Assembly: GCA_019634005.1 (NCBI GenBank)
Contig: JAHQWD010000003.1
Location: 240,539-304,538, forward strand
From: Candidatus Kaiserbacteria bacterium
GTDB taxonomy: Bacteria > Patescibacteriota > Minisyncoccia > Phycocordibacterales > UBA918
DNA length: 64,000 nt
Direction: 5' to 3'
Of the stretch, positions 19,637-29,874 are shown in pieces (positions within the stretch are counted from its first letter, which is position 1; each line of letters opens with the position of its first letter). The position numbers and the translations under genes were made by a program. Below the pieces are notes generated by a model. The model was not told where the DNA came from. It saw nothing but the letters and a program-made list of their open reading frames with translations, and ran no database searches.

Positions 19637-22600
19637 TTACAAAACCTTGTCTATAGAATCCATTACCTTGATAGTTTCATTTAGGGACACGATCATTTTT
19701 TCGTAGTTAGAAAATTCTTCTGAAGTCAGTTTTTTGTTTCTGCGGTCTTTGAGGTACTTCTGGGCTGGTTGGTACCCGCCAATGTAGAAATTCCAGACGA
19801 CTTCAGGGACCCCGTCCCAGTACTGGGTGTCATTAATGTAGACACGACCGTTTTTGTACACTGGCTTCTTTACGGTATCATCACCGGCCTCGGGAAAGAT
19901 GGTGATGGCGTTGCGGATGTCGGGGTGGTTTAGCAGATGTAGCTCACGGAGGTGCCGGCCGTTCACCACAAGCTTCCAGAAGATGTCTTTATTCTCTGGG
20001 TACGGTACTCGGGGAAAGTCACTCTTCAGAAACTCTTGGTACTTAATGCGATAGCTCGGCGCATGAAGTACAGCATAGACATAATCAAACACATCTTCAG
20101 GTGTAGTGTCACCTGCAATCGCATCAATATAAGCGACAATTTTTTTGTCTAGGTTCGGCACTTTGTCACCGTCTTCTGCGTATAGATATAGAGGGCATAC
20201 GGCCTGACCACCACGGCGGTATATATTAAGGTCTACAATGCTGTTTGAGACAAAAACGGTATCGTACTCATTAGGATTGGCTGCAAAGCCCTGTCTGCTA
20301 AATAACATGGCGATATTGTCCTTTCCTAGTAGATGTTGCATCACCTTGTATCTAGGTGAATTAATCCAGCACTCAGTTTTCTGCGTGTAGTACATATAAC
20401 GAGTGTCAAATGGTCGGTACAGGAGTTTGGTTGGTTGCTCGCTAGAGGCCTCTCTCAGTTCTTCAATACGCTCCTCTTTTTTCGCTTTTCGTTGGTCCTT
20501 TATACCAAAATCATTGTACGGGTCGGCAGCATTTAGGATCTTGCTGGTCGTATCAACTAGACTCTTTTTATCATAAAAGACCGCCAGCCTATCAATTGCT
20601 GTAAAAATACCATTGGAGTTTAGTGGGAATAAGTCATTAAGAGGAAAGCCTTTCTTATACTCATCTTTACCTTCAACCTCTTCTAACCAGGTCTCAGTTT
20701 CAGTTGGTAACGTCTTCCATTCTAGCGATTTAAGCTCTTTAGTTGAGTCTAATATAGCAAATTTATCTTCACGGTTTCCATACAGATCTGCCTTGAATAC
20801 CGTAGCCAACTCTTTTCTCTTTACGTCACTTGTTTTAACACCAAAAATAATGGAGACACCGGTTTTAATGTCGAACACGTTTTTATCTTCACTACCATCT
20901 GGAGCTGTTTCTTTTTTGGTCGTGTTGCCATGAAGGTCAAGTACGTAAATCTTATCGAACGTCTGACGAAGATGCCAACGCATACCTCGGAAGGTTGGAT
21001 TATCGATGTAGCCGTGGGCAGTAATCATACCAATAACACCCTCACCATTTTTCTCAACCATGGCCTCAGCAAAGCGAATGAACTTTACGTAGTCATCGTC
21101 GAGCCAGTGCTTTCGCTCTTGGAGTTTTTGTTTTCCACCAGGTTCTATTTTGTATACATCATTTTCTGTATAGTGTTTGTTTTGGGAAATACCAGAGTAC
21201 GGAGGATTACCGAGCACCACCATAATGGGTTTCTCCTGCTTTACCTCTGATGCACGATTACTCTCTTCGGCAATGGTATTAACGACACCAAACAGGTCTC
21301 CCTGGCGTTTAATATGATGCGGCTCGTCGAGAGTGTTAGAGAGGTATACACCCAATCGATTCTTAAATTCCCTTACACCAGTCTGACGCATCGTCATTGC
21401 GAGTTTTAGGTGAGCAATCGTGTAGCTGGCCATCATGAGCTCGAAGCCGTGAAGCCGTGGAAGTAAGTGTTCATTAACGTAGGCTCCCCAGTGGCCTTGA
21501 TTATGTTTCTTAGTCTCGTGAATGTGATGCAAGGTTTCATTGAGGAATGTGCCGGTACCGACCGCTACATCAAGTAACTGGACACGGTGTACTTCTTCAG
21601 TAATTTTCACTCGCTGGCTCTTTGCTGTAGATGGCGCTTCTTCCATTCTGGTTTGGGTGATCTTTTCAGTATCAGCAAGACCATCCTGGATACCAAACTC
21701 ACGCTTCAGAATGTCATCAATACCACGCACAATAAACCGGACTATGGGCAGTGGTGTATAAAAGACTCCCATCTCCATTTTCTTCTTGGGGTCGTATTCA
21801 CGTAGGAAGTCTTCGTAAAAATGAATTACCGGATCTGGTGCTTCGTGTTCTTCACCAAAGAGGTTGGTTTGTTTGAAATAATCCTCCATTAGTGCTTTTA
21901 CGTCAGCATGACTAAACACTTCACATAGCTCATCCACCATTATCTCGAGGCGTTTTGGGAAGCTGCTTCCAGAGATATGGTCAAAAAAGCTTTTAAGGAA
22001 GGGATTGGTAGCTGGTACTAGCTCACGTGCTTCTTGGCGGCTAAAACTTTCAAGCGTATCGTCATTGTAGCGGGCAGCAAATAAGCCATAGACAAGAGTC
22101 TGAGCGTACATGTCTGCAAAATCAGCCACCTCAAACTCATGGATCAGGTGCTCACGGATAAAACGCATCATCCGCTCCAGCTCATCTTTCTGGTTACTCT
22201 CGCCATTTACAAAGGCCACCACGTTCTCACGGATACGCTGTGCCTTGCCGCCCATGATCTTGGCGAGGTGCTTTCCACTCTTGATTGGTTCTTTCTGACT
22301 CTGAATAAAATCATGTAGAGCACTGGCAAAAGAATCTCCATTTTCTGGATGAGGAATTAAGGTCTGAGAAGTTTTATTTAGTTCAGCAAGTCTTATTGGT
22401 TCTGTGTATGATTCGCCATTACGATAAAACCGAAATTCGGCATAATCGCTAATAATCAAGTTTGTGTATCCAAAGTATCGTGCTGCTTGTTCAGACTTTT
22501 CTATTTTATCTAAATCACTAGTAGCTTTTCTTGGATCTTTTACTTCAATGTATAACAAGGGCACTTCGCCTCGTCGTATTATATAGTCCGGTTTATTGCC

Positions 22601-22756
22601 ACTGGCCACCTTAGGATCGTGCTGTATTACATATTCAGGAGCGGGAAAAATAGACTCTAAATAATTCTGCAAGGCCGTACGGTAAGACATCTCTGTACTT
22701 GTTGGATCTGCGTAATATTTAGAGAGCTCAGATAAATAGTGCGATATGTTTTGCAT
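19637..22756 (-). CDS. Single-chain restriction-modification enzyme (PD-(D/E)xK nuclease + N6-adenine MTase + type ISP-like specificity domain)
   Basis: KPDY..YIEVK, GVFYTP, LDVAVGTGTF, GNPPY, YRPFD, F.IGGYQ...KYLKDR. Confidence 0.88.
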   Translation of the reverse strand: MQNISHYLSELSKYYADPTSTEMSYRTALQNYLESIFPAPEYVIQHDPKVASGNKPDYIIRRGEVPLLYIEVKDPRKATSDLDKIEKSEQAARYFGYTNLIISDYAEFRFYRNGESYTEPIRLAELNKTSQTLIPHPENGDSFASALHDFIQSQKEPIKSGKHLAKIMGGKAQRIRENVVAFVNGESNQKDELERMMRFIREHLIHEFEVADFADMYAQTLVYGLFAARYNDDTLESFSRQEARELVPATNPFLKSFFDHISGSSFPKRLEIMVDELCEVFSHADVKALMEDYFKQTNLFGEEHEAPDPVIHFYEDFLREYDPKKKMEMGVFYTPLPIVRFIVRGIDDILKREFGIQDGLADTEKITQTRMEEAPSTAKSQRVKITEEVHRVQLLDVAVGTGTFLNETLHHIHETKKHNQGHWGAYVNEHLLPRLHGFELMMASYTIAHLKLAMTMRQTGVREFKNRLGVYLSNTLDEPHHIKRQGDLFGVVNTIAEESNRASEVKQEKPIMVVLGNPPYSGISQNKHYTENDVYKIEPGGKQKLQERKHWLDDDYVKFIRFAEAMVEKNGEGVIGMITAHGYIDNPTFRGMRWHLRQTFDKIYVLDLHGNTTKKETAPDGSEDKNVFDIKTGVSIIFGVKTSDVKRKELATVFKADLYGNREDKFAILDSTKELKSLEWKTLPTETETWLEEVEGKDEYKKGFPLNDLFPLNSNGIFTAIDRLAVFYDKKSLVDTTSKILNAADPYNDFGIKDQRKAKKEERIEELREASSEQPTKLLYRPFDTRYMYYTQKTECWINSPRYKVMQHLLGKDNIAMLFSRQGFAANPNEYDTVFVSNSIVDLNIYRRGGQAVCPLYLYAEDGDKVPNLDKKIVAYIDAIAGDTTPEDVFDYVYAVLHAPSYRIKYQEFLKSDFPRVPYPENKDIFWKLVVNGRHLRELHLLNHPDIRNAITIFPEAGDDTVKKPVYKNGRVYINDTQYWDGVPEVVWNFYIGGYQPAQKYLKDRRNKKLTSEEFSNYEKMIVSLNETIKVMDSIDKVL

Positions 22757-22902
22757 TAATCAAGAGTAGCATTTTAGTCTTATATTCTCAATTTATGATT
22801 ATATTATTACTTTTTATCTCTCTCGAGAAGGGTCAATAGTATTTTGTGTCAAGTATTCATAGAGGGCCCATAAGACAACGTATTATTCTGGTCGCATTAC
22901 GA

Positions 22903-22940
22903 GAAGGCTCACCAACACAACAATTGGTGAGCCTCTTTTT
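22903..22940 (+). terminator. Terminator-like hairpin
   Basis: AGGCTCACCAA-cacaacaa-TTGGTGAGCCT followed by T-tract. Confidence 0.65.
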
Positions 22941-22956
22941 ATGCTACATTTACATA

Positions 22957-24129
22957 ATGACTACTACTGCAGACCGAAATATCCGACTTCTCAATATTCT
23001 CACTTCTTTATATGGTTTTCGTGCTTTTGAAGGTGTTCTTGCAGTTTATTTTGCAACCATCTCTGGATCTTTCGCGCTTGGTATGACCGTCCTTGCAGTG
23101 ATCAATCTATCCGCAAGCTTCTTTGAGATTCCAACAGGAGTGCTCTCAGATGCTATCGGGCGAAAGAAAACTGCCATTCTTCACTATCTCGCAAGTACAC
23201 TTTCTATCCTCTTTGTCTATATTGCAAAGGATACTACCTTTCTCATCATCGGAGCAGTCCTTATGGGACTCTCTATGGCACTGAAAAGCGGTGCACTTTC
23301 GGCATTCGTCTACGAGAATCTGGAGGTGCTCAACAAAACAGACCAATTTAAGAGAGTCGAAGGAAGGCGGTTGGCTCTTATGCGCTACGCGCTTATGACT
23401 GCGGGACTGTGCGGTACGCTACTTATCTACTTCTACACTATACAGACAGCCATCCTCCTAACTCTCATTGCAAGTGCTCTTGCCCTGCTTCTCAGTCTCT
23501 TCCTCAAAGATATTCGTGTATATACCCCTGACTCTACCAATGTCTATAGCGACCTCAAGAGAGCGTGGAATCTCTTTGCAGATAATCGTGCCCTTCGTAA
23601 CCTCAGTCTTGGTCGTATTATTTCTCGTGGTGCAGGTAACGCGGAATACCGCTTCCGAGCACTCTTTTTCTCAGCCATTATGCCCGAGTGGCTCGTCAAT
23701 CTCCTTGGTATTATAAATAATCTCTTCTCTGGCGTGGCAATGCATACAACACACTGGATAGTAGAACGTATCGGGATTGTGCGATCACTCGTACACATGG
23801 AGATTCTTGATCGTATACTCACCTCCGTCTTTGTTGCTATCAATACCGTGACTTCTGGAGTCCTCATGAGTATCACCAGCAGTATCACCTACGGAACACG
23901 TGAGATAGCAAGTGAGGATCTTCTTCAAGAGCATTACGAAAAGACACAGCGAGCAACCATGGGAAGCCTTGTCGGACTTACAGGGAGTCTTCTCTATGGA
24001 ATTGTCGCTATCCTACTTGGACTCGTTACAGACGAGATAGGTCTCATGAACACCATGCTTCTCATGCAGGGGGTACTTCTTTTGACACCATTCTTCTTTT
24101 ACAGAGGAATCAGACTTGCTCGATCATAA
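22957..24129 (+). CDS. MFS transporter
   Basis: FEIPTGVLSDAIGRKK motif A, about 12 TMs, RATMGS. Confidence 0.92.
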   Translation: MTTTADRNIRLLNILTSLYGFRAFEGVLAVYFATISGSFALGMTVLAVINLSASFFEIPTGVLSDAIGRKKTAILHYLASTLSILFVYIAKDTTFLIIGAVLMGLSMALKSGALSAFVYENLEVLNKTDQFKRVEGRRLALMRYALMTAGLCGTLLIYFYTIQTAILLTLIASALALLLSLFLKDIRVYTPDSTNVYSDLKRAWNLFADNRALRNLSLGRIISRGAGNAEYRFRALFFSAIMPEWLVNLLGIINNLFSGVAMHTTHWIVERIGIVRSLVHMEILDRILTSVFVAINTVTSGVLMSITSSITYGTREIASEDLLQEHYEKTQRATMGSLVGLTGSLLYGIVAILLGLVTDEIGLMNTMLLMQGVLLLTPFFFYRGIRLARS

Positions 24130-24134
24130 GGGGT

Positions 24135-24335
24135 CTACCCTTGATCCATATGTGTCTTCACGAGATCAGTGAGCTCTGCAACGTGCGCCTCTTTATCTTT
24201 CGCAAGTTTCTCCCAAAACATCTGACAATCTCCACATTCCGAAGAATCTGAGAGATATTCTTTCTTGATTCGATGGAGACTCTTACTCTCTTCGGTAAGC
24301 TGAAGCATCAGGTTGTACAAGTGGTTGCTTAACAT
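24135..24335 (-). CDS. Small helical hypothetical protein
   Basis: 66-aa ORF, YNL..QL.EESKSL.RI...Y..D...C..C..FW. Confidence 0.65.
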   Translation of the reverse strand: MLSNHLYNLMLQLTEESKSLHRIKKEYLSDSSECGDCQMFWEKLAKDKEAHVAELTDLVKTHMDQG

Positions 24336-24405
24336 ATGAAATATAGCTATGTGGTAATTACCTATTCAGTATACCAAGAAGTCTTGCCTGTGCTACGATA
24401 GAGAT

Positions 24406-24903
24406 ATGAAAGCAAATGATATATGCGCAGATGAAGAAGCGTACGGAGAGCACTGTAAAGCACATCTCTTGAGGCAGTATGAGCTCTACGTAGACGAAGT
24501 AGATAAGCTCAATGACCGAAGGCAGAAAACAAACGACTTTTTCTTGGCCATCAATACCGCAATCATTGCATTTCTCGGTATCATGATCCGCTTTGGAGAT
24601 GAGAATTTCACCACCTATTTGGTGCTCACCTCCCTTGCAGGGGTCGCAATCTGTGTACTTTGGTATTCCCTAATCCGAAACTATAGTATCGTCTCAGGCG
24701 CCCGATTCCAAATACTCCATCTTATTGAAGAGAAGCTCCCTATCCAGCTTTTTAAGAAAGAATGGGAACTTCTCACCAGCGGCGTACAGGGTAAACAATA
24801 TATGCCAATAACACACATTGAACGAAATGTTCCCTGGGTATTCATCATCCTCTATATACTCCTTCTTACTTTCCAGGGTGAGGTACTTGTATTTCTCCTC
24901 TAA
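24406..24903 (+). CDS. Small integral membrane protein (RipA/octameric-membrane-protein-like pattern)
   Basis: LL.QY.LYV....RRQ..N.FFL.INTA, W..LI..Y, IE..LP...F..EW, IE..VP..F; 3 TMs. Confidence 0.65.
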   Translation: MKANDICADEEAYGEHCKAHLLRQYELYVDEVDKLNDRRQKTNDFFLAINTAIIAFLGIMIRFGDENFTTYLVLTSLAGVAICVLWYSLIRNYSIVSGARFQILHLIEEKLPIQLFKKEWELLTSGVQGKQYMPITHIERNVPWVFIILYILLLTFQGEVLVFLL

Positions 24904-24941
24904 TTTGTGGTACATTCCGAGTGAGCAGAAAGGAGTGCGAC

Positions 24942-25172
24942 ATGCATGATGATCTTGAATTCCGAGCACATGTCCTTCTCGTTTGTTCTGTCACCAAAAA
25001 GGCAAAGTTGAAGGAGGTAAGTAAATGGTTCTCCACCTTCTGTGCAGCAGAGATGTGGGGAAAGACCTATGTAAAGGAGCTTGAGAAAGAGAAAAAACTT
25101 CCAAACGGAAAGAAATGTTCTGGGTACAAACCTGAAGTGCGATACGAGACACGGAGACGTCACGTATACTGA
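24942..25172 (+). CDS. Orphan basic hypothetical protein
   Basis: TGgTACATT promoter, AAGGAG SD, downstream hairpin CGCCGCGCA-gaa-TGCGCGGCG. Confidence 0.5.
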   Translation: MHDDLEFRAHVLLVCSVTKKAKLKEVSKWFSTFCAAEMWGKTYVKELEKEKKLPNGKKCSGYKPEVRYETRRRHVY

Positions 25173-25200
25173 ACGCCGCGCAGAATGCGCGGCGATTTCC

Positions 25201-25623
25201 TTATCTTTTTATATATGTCTCAAATACGTCCGATAGATTGCCGACAAGATTATATGAGCTATGTGCTCCTGGTTCTATCCATTCGTACGCGTCATGATCC
25301 TGACTCAAGGTAACAATATCATCTCCTTCTACTCGACAGATAAAAAACACACCAACAATCTGCCACTGATTTCCTTGCACCACGGGTCGCCACTCTCCAA
25401 CACTGATCGGAGCCTCAATAGATACTTCAAGCCCAGTCTCTTCACGTATTTCCCGACGGAGTGCATCCTCAAAGTGCTCTCCTGGAGTCAGTCTCCCACC
25501 AGGCACATCGTATGCTCCCTCATTCGTACCATCATCATACGCACCAGACTCACGAAGAATAAGTACCCTCCCTTCTTTATTTACAATAAGTGCTTTTGTC
25601 GCAAGAAATAATGTGACATCCAT
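25201..25623 (-). CDS. NUDIX hydrolase
   Basis: PGGRLTPGE....ALRREIREETGL Nudix box. Confidence 0.94.
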   Translation of the reverse strand: MDVTLFLATKALIVNKEGRVLILRESGAYDDGTNEGAYDVPGGRLTPGEHFEDALRREIREETGLEVSIEAPISVGEWRPVVQGNQWQIVGVFFICRVEGDDIVTLSQDHDAYEWIEPGAHSSYNLVGNLSDVFETYIKR

Positions 25624-25630
25624 AGGCATA

Positions 25631-26926
25631 TTATACATCCTTCCACTCTGGATTCTGACGAACCAAAAGCTCTCGAGCGTTCTGTGGCTCCGCCATTACC
25701 TCCTCAACAATACGTTCCATGCGCATCTTCTGCGATCCTTTTATTAAAATAATATCTCCTGCTTCAAGCATTTCCTCAAGCTCTCGTCCTGCACGTTCGG
25801 TTGTCTCATACTGCAGTATATTTTTAGGACTCATACCATTCGCAAGCGCTCCCTCTGCAATACCGCGCGCACGGATACCGATAGTGAAAAGCATGTCTGC
25901 ACTCTCTACAACAGCTTTTCCAACAGCCTGATGTGCACCAGCAGATTCCCTACCGAGCTCCAACATATCTCCCAAGACCGCAATGCGTCTCTTTACCCCA
26001 GTCACCTGCTTCAATGTGCGGAGTGCGTTCTGCATCGATAACGGTGAGGCATTAATAGTATCGTCTATGATCATAGTCTCTTTTTCTCCTCGGATCAGAC
26101 GCATACGCCCTGGTGGTGGCACACATCCTGACGAGAGTGCCTCTGCTGCTGTCTTTGTATCAATATCAAAGAGTGATCCTACCGCAACCGCTGCAGCACA
26201 GTTGTATACATGCTGTACCCCCAGAGAGTCTTTGATGGTAATTTCCTCCTCCTTATCCGCATGGAGGAGCGTAAATGATGTACCAACAGGACGTCCATCT
26301 GCGTACTGAACCTCCTCTCCTTTTCCCTGAAAAGCAGACGGAGAATACCGACTATACGCAATGCTTTTCTGTAGAGTGTCTTCAGCAGACTTCTCTACAC
26401 GTGCATCATCTTGGTTATAGACAAGCGTACCTTCAGGCTTGAGTGCATGTACAAGTTTCATTTTCTCTTTAGTAATAGCCTCTGGGTCTGAATCAAAAAA
26501 CTCGATATGCGATGGCACATCAGGAAGATGCGTTAACACTACGACATCAGGATGTATCCACGAAGTTAGTCGCTCCATGTCTCCTGGACGATCAACCCCG
26601 ATCTCTAAGACGAGTATTTTTGGATAGTCTTTCGGAGAGAGTGCGGTCAGCAAACCCTCTACACAATTCTTAAGCCACACAAACGGGTTCTGCCAGCCGC
26701 TCTCGAGACCAAGTACCGCAAGCGGCACTCCAAGTTCTGAGTTGTAACTTTGTATACTCTTCCGCGCATGATGCTTCGTGCGTAACACCGTATAGATTGC
26801 ATCTTTTGTCGATGTCTTTGCCACACTTCCCGTAATGGCAACGATTGTTGGCTGTGCTTTCTTAAGTAAAAGCTTTGCTTCGGCGGTTAAGATCTTGGTT
26901 ACAGCTGTCTTAAAGAGTGTTTTCAT
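25631..26926 (-). CDS. murF: UDP-MurNAc-tripeptide--D-Ala-D-Ala ligase
   Basis: AITGSVAKTSTK, NSELGVP, DDT.NASP.SM, LGDMLELG, KGSQ. Confidence 0.92.
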   Translation of the reverse strand: MKTLFKTAVTKILTAEAKLLLKKAQPTIVAITGSVAKTSTKDAIYTVLRTKHHARKSIQSYNSELGVPLAVLGLESGWQNPFVWLKNCVEGLLTALSPKDYPKILVLEIGVDRPGDMERLTSWIHPDVVVLTHLPDVPSHIEFFDSDPEAITKEKMKLVHALKPEGTLVYNQDDARVEKSAEDTLQKSIAYSRYSPSAFQGKGEEVQYADGRPVGTSFTLLHADKEEEITIKDSLGVQHVYNCAAAVAVGSLFDIDTKTAAEALSSGCVPPPGRMRLIRGEKETMIIDDTINASPLSMQNALRTLKQVTGVKRRIAVLGDMLELGRESAGAHQAVGKAVVESADMLFTIGIRARGIAEGALANGMSPKNILQYETTERAGRELEEMLEAGDIILIKGSQKMRMERIVEEVMAEPQNARELLVRQNPEWKDV

Positions 26927-26932
26927 AGCAGA

Positions 26933-28642
26933 TTATCGGTCAGGAGGAAGATCGTAGTAGTTGATGAGAAACGTCGCCAAATCCATAAATGGCTCAGTGA
27001 GCGTCTCTGACGCATAGCGTACCTCCTTTGGATATACAGTATACAAGAAAATCAGGAATTCTGGTTCATAGGCAGGAAAATACCCAAAGAAAGAGTGCAG
27101 ATACCTATCCTCATAATACCCTCCATTCTCCTGATCTGCCATCTGTGCCGTACCCGTCTTTGCAGCAATACTGTATCGTGGGAGCGCTACCGTACCACCC
27201 AGAAGCGCCTCATCCACCACCTTGATCAGCATCCTGCTAATATCCTCACTGGTCTCTGAAGAAAAAACACGCTCCCCTTCAGGGAAAGAAATATCGTGTG
27301 TCGTGCCATCTTCATAGGTAATACTCTTTGCAATATGTGGCGTGATCAATGTTCCGCCATTTGCAAGTGTCGAGAGTGCTCGCACTGTTGCAATTGGTGA
27401 GAGTGCAATACCCTGTCCAAAAGACGCGGTCGCGTACTCAATCTCACGGGGACTCTTGAGGTTAGAAACTAAACCATGCACTTCCCCAGGAAGATCTATT
27501 CCCGTCTCACTTCCAAGTTTCAATCCAAGAAAATATTCTTTGAAGGTGTCAGTCCCCATTTCCAGGGTCACATGTGCTACACCTGTGTTCAGCGACTGAT
27601 TCAATATTTCCTGCACAGCCACATAGCCACGCGCCTCACCATCGTAGTTACTAAATGTCTCTCCATCGAGCGTCATGCGCCCTTCGTCAGTATAAAAAGA
27701 CGTTGGCGTAATCACCCCGGCATCCAGGCCTGCCGCAATCGTCAGTGGCTTTATGATAGATCCCATCTCATAGACATTCTCTACCAACGGATTGGAGAAG
27801 AGTTCGAGTGTCGCCTCACTTCGGTCATTGAGATCAAAGCTTGGTACAATATCAAGCGCATAGACCTCTCCTGTATTTGGATTGATCACAATCCCTCCCG
27901 TCATCTCACTGTCCCACGTCTCCTGTGCCTTTTTGAGCGTACTTGAGAGTGCTCGTGCCACCGTTGGCTCGATAGACGTCACCACATCTCCTTTTCGGAG
28001 TGAGGTGGAATCAAAAACGAGACTCCCCAGATTGCTAAACAGTTCTGCAAAGAAATTGACCGAAAGCCTATCATCATCCCGCTCTAAAACTTCCTCGTAA
28101 TATCGCTCCAGTCCATAGCGTCCCACCAAGTTATCTCCGTCATACCCCACAAACCCAACCGTACGTGCTGCAAGATCATTTCCTGGATAATACCGCCACT
28201 GATTCTTATACAGAGAGACCCCTGGAAGATCCAAAGCCTCAATGGCATCCGCCTCTTCCTCGGAGAGCTTCTGATACACCTCCTGGTACACTCTGTCCTT
28301 CTTCCCTGCTCTTTCTATGAAATCCTCTCTCGGAAGCGGTATAACCGCACGGAGCGCCTCATACGTGCCTTCTGGATCTTCTATGCGGGTCGCATCAATG
28401 GTGAGGACAAATCCAGAAGCAATCGTTCCTGCGGACACTTCCTGCCCATCCTTTGTCGTAAAGTAGATATTTCCTCGTGTATATAAATCTTGGACAGTGT
28501 GGACGTACTGTCCTTCCGCCCGAGTACTGTAGTAGTCTCCGTCAAGTAACTGTACCTGGTACAGTCGTAGAATAAGGATAAAGGCTCCCAATAGAATCAA
28601 ACCCGTAACAAAACGTATTCGCAGGACAGCCTTCGCTCTCAT
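26933..28642 (-). CDS. ftsI: Class B penicillin-binding protein (FtsI-like)
   Basis: YEMGSIIK (SxxK), SLN (SxN), KTGTAQ; position in mraZ-rsmH-ftsL cluster. Confidence 0.88.
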   Translation of the reverse strand: MRAKAVLRIRFVTGLILLGAFILILRLYQVQLLDGDYYSTRAEGQYVHTVQDLYTRGNIYFTTKDGQEVSAGTIASGFVLTIDATRIEDPEGTYEALRAVIPLPREDFIERAGKKDRVYQEVYQKLSEEEADAIEALDLPGVSLYKNQWRYYPGNDLAARTVGFVGYDGDNLVGRYGLERYYEEVLERDDDRLSVNFFAELFSNLGSLVFDSTSLRKGDVVTSIEPTVARALSSTLKKAQETWDSEMTGGIVINPNTGEVYALDIVPSFDLNDRSEATLELFSNPLVENVYEMGSIIKPLTIAAGLDAGVITPTSFYTDEGRMTLDGETFSNYDGEARGYVAVQEILNQSLNTGVAHVTLEMGTDTFKEYFLGLKLGSETGIDLPGEVHGLVSNLKSPREIEYATASFGQGIALSPIATVRALSTLANGGTLITPHIAKSITYEDGTTHDISFPEGERVFSSETSEDISRMLIKVVDEALLGGTVALPRYSIAAKTGTAQMADQENGGYYEDRYLHSFFGYFPAYEPEFLIFLYTVYPKEVRYASETLTEPFMDLATFLINYYDLPPDR

Positions 28643-28657
28643 ACAGAACAGTATACC

Positions 28658-28969
28658 TTACCGAGAGAGTGCAACTGCAGGAGCACTTGCGTCAATGAAT
28701 GTCTTTTCGAGCGCTATAACGTACCCCTCCTCTTCTGCACGGAGTGTGCTGACAGCAAGCTGTGCATCAATGTATTGTGCTTCAAGTTGACTTACGTATG
28801 AACCAAGATCTGCAATTTCTCGATCGAGTTCTTTGCGCATGACAACGTGTACCACAGATGAAATAACAAAATATGCGTAGAGGGACGATACCACAAGCAG
28901 CATTGAACATGCCGCGAAAAACCATCGCTTGTGTGTCTGGTATGTCTGTGTTGTCTTTCGTGATGTCAT
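28658..28969 (-). CDS. FtsL-like bitopic protein
   Basis: Single TM plus coiled coil, located between rsmH and ftsI. Confidence 0.6.
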   Translation of the reverse strand: MTSRKTTQTYQTHKRWFFAACSMLLVVSSLYAYFVISSVVHVVMRKELDREIADLGSYVSQLEAQYIDAQLAVSTLRAEEEGYVIALEKTFIDASAPAVALSR

Positions 28970-29868
28970 GCTGTTTCGCTTTTAATGAATATTCGTAATT
29001 TCGCGCTGCGTGCTCGTGGGTTGTGTCGTACTTCGTCTTCAGATGGTGCAATTGGTTTCTTGGTGCCCAGCTCCCCCACCCCTTCGTCCTTACAAGAACG
29101 GAATGTCTTCTTCACAATCCGATCTTCAAGACTGTTGAAGGTGATGATGGCGAGTCGTCCGCCAGGCTTGAGACCTGCAAGAGACTTGTCAATAAACTCT
29201 TCAAGGATGCCAAGTTCGTCATTGACCGCAATACGGAGTGCTTGGAACGTCTTGGTTGCTGCATCGATCCGTCCGAAGCGATAGAAAGATGGAACCGCGC
29301 TTCGTACAATCTCTGCAAGCTGTCCTGAGGTCTCTATAGGAGACTCTTCACGCTTCTCTACGACCGCGCGCGCAATACGACGCGCAAACTTCTCTTCTCC
29401 GTACCCTTTGATGACGTTTGCCACTGACTCGAGAGACCATTCGTTCACAATGTCTTTGGCAGTAAATGGATAGTCCTCAGGATTCCCGTAGGTCATAAGG
29501 AGCGGTTCATCTTTTAAGAATGAGAACCCCTTCTCTCCTGCAAGTCCTGCAAACTGTTCAATGCGCCATCCGAGGTCTGCAAGGATCGCGTCTACTTTGA
29601 GACCATCAAGTACCGTATCGATGTCTTTGAAGTTTGCGTTTACAAACTGTGTCTTTGTCTCGACACCTGCAAAAAGTTCCTCTGCAAGTCGTACCGCCTC
29701 TTTATCAGCATCAAGGGCAATGAGCATTCCCTTCTTTCCCAAATGAGAAAGAATCTCTGCGCTATGCCCTCCAGCTCCCAGCGTGGCATCCACCACAAAG
29801 GAATCTTCATGCAGATTCAGTGCAGACACTGCTTCATCTTTCAATACGGTAATGTGCCTGGTCTCCAT
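28966..29868 (-). CDS. rsmH: 16S rRNA m4C1402 methyltransferase
   Basis: DATLGAGGHS, YGEE.FA..IA, FQALRIAVNDEL, NPRARSAKLR. Confidence 0.97.
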   Translation of the reverse strand: METRHITVLKDEAVSALNLHEDSFVVDATLGAGGHSAEILSHLGKKGMLIALDADKEAVRLAEELFAGVETKTQFVNANFKDIDTVLDGLKVDAILADLGWRIEQFAGLAGEKGFSFLKDEPLLMTYGNPEDYPFTAKDIVNEWSLESVANVIKGYGEEKFARRIARAVVEKREESPIETSGQLAEIVRSAVPSFYRFGRIDAATKTFQALRIAVNDELGILEEFIDKSLAGLKPGGRLAIITFNSLEDRIVKKTFRSCKDEGVGELGTKKPIAPSEDEVRHNPRARSAKLRIFIKSETA

Positions 29869-29874
29869 ATGTTT

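Larger units (their letters stand above)
18774..22940. mobile_element. Putative tRNA-Glu-anchored accessory islet without integrase
   Basis: Immunity-like gene, small ORF and R-M gene directly after the tRNA; degenerate tRNA-end-like GG(G/C)TCACCAAC at 19327 and 22906. Confidence 0.45.
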
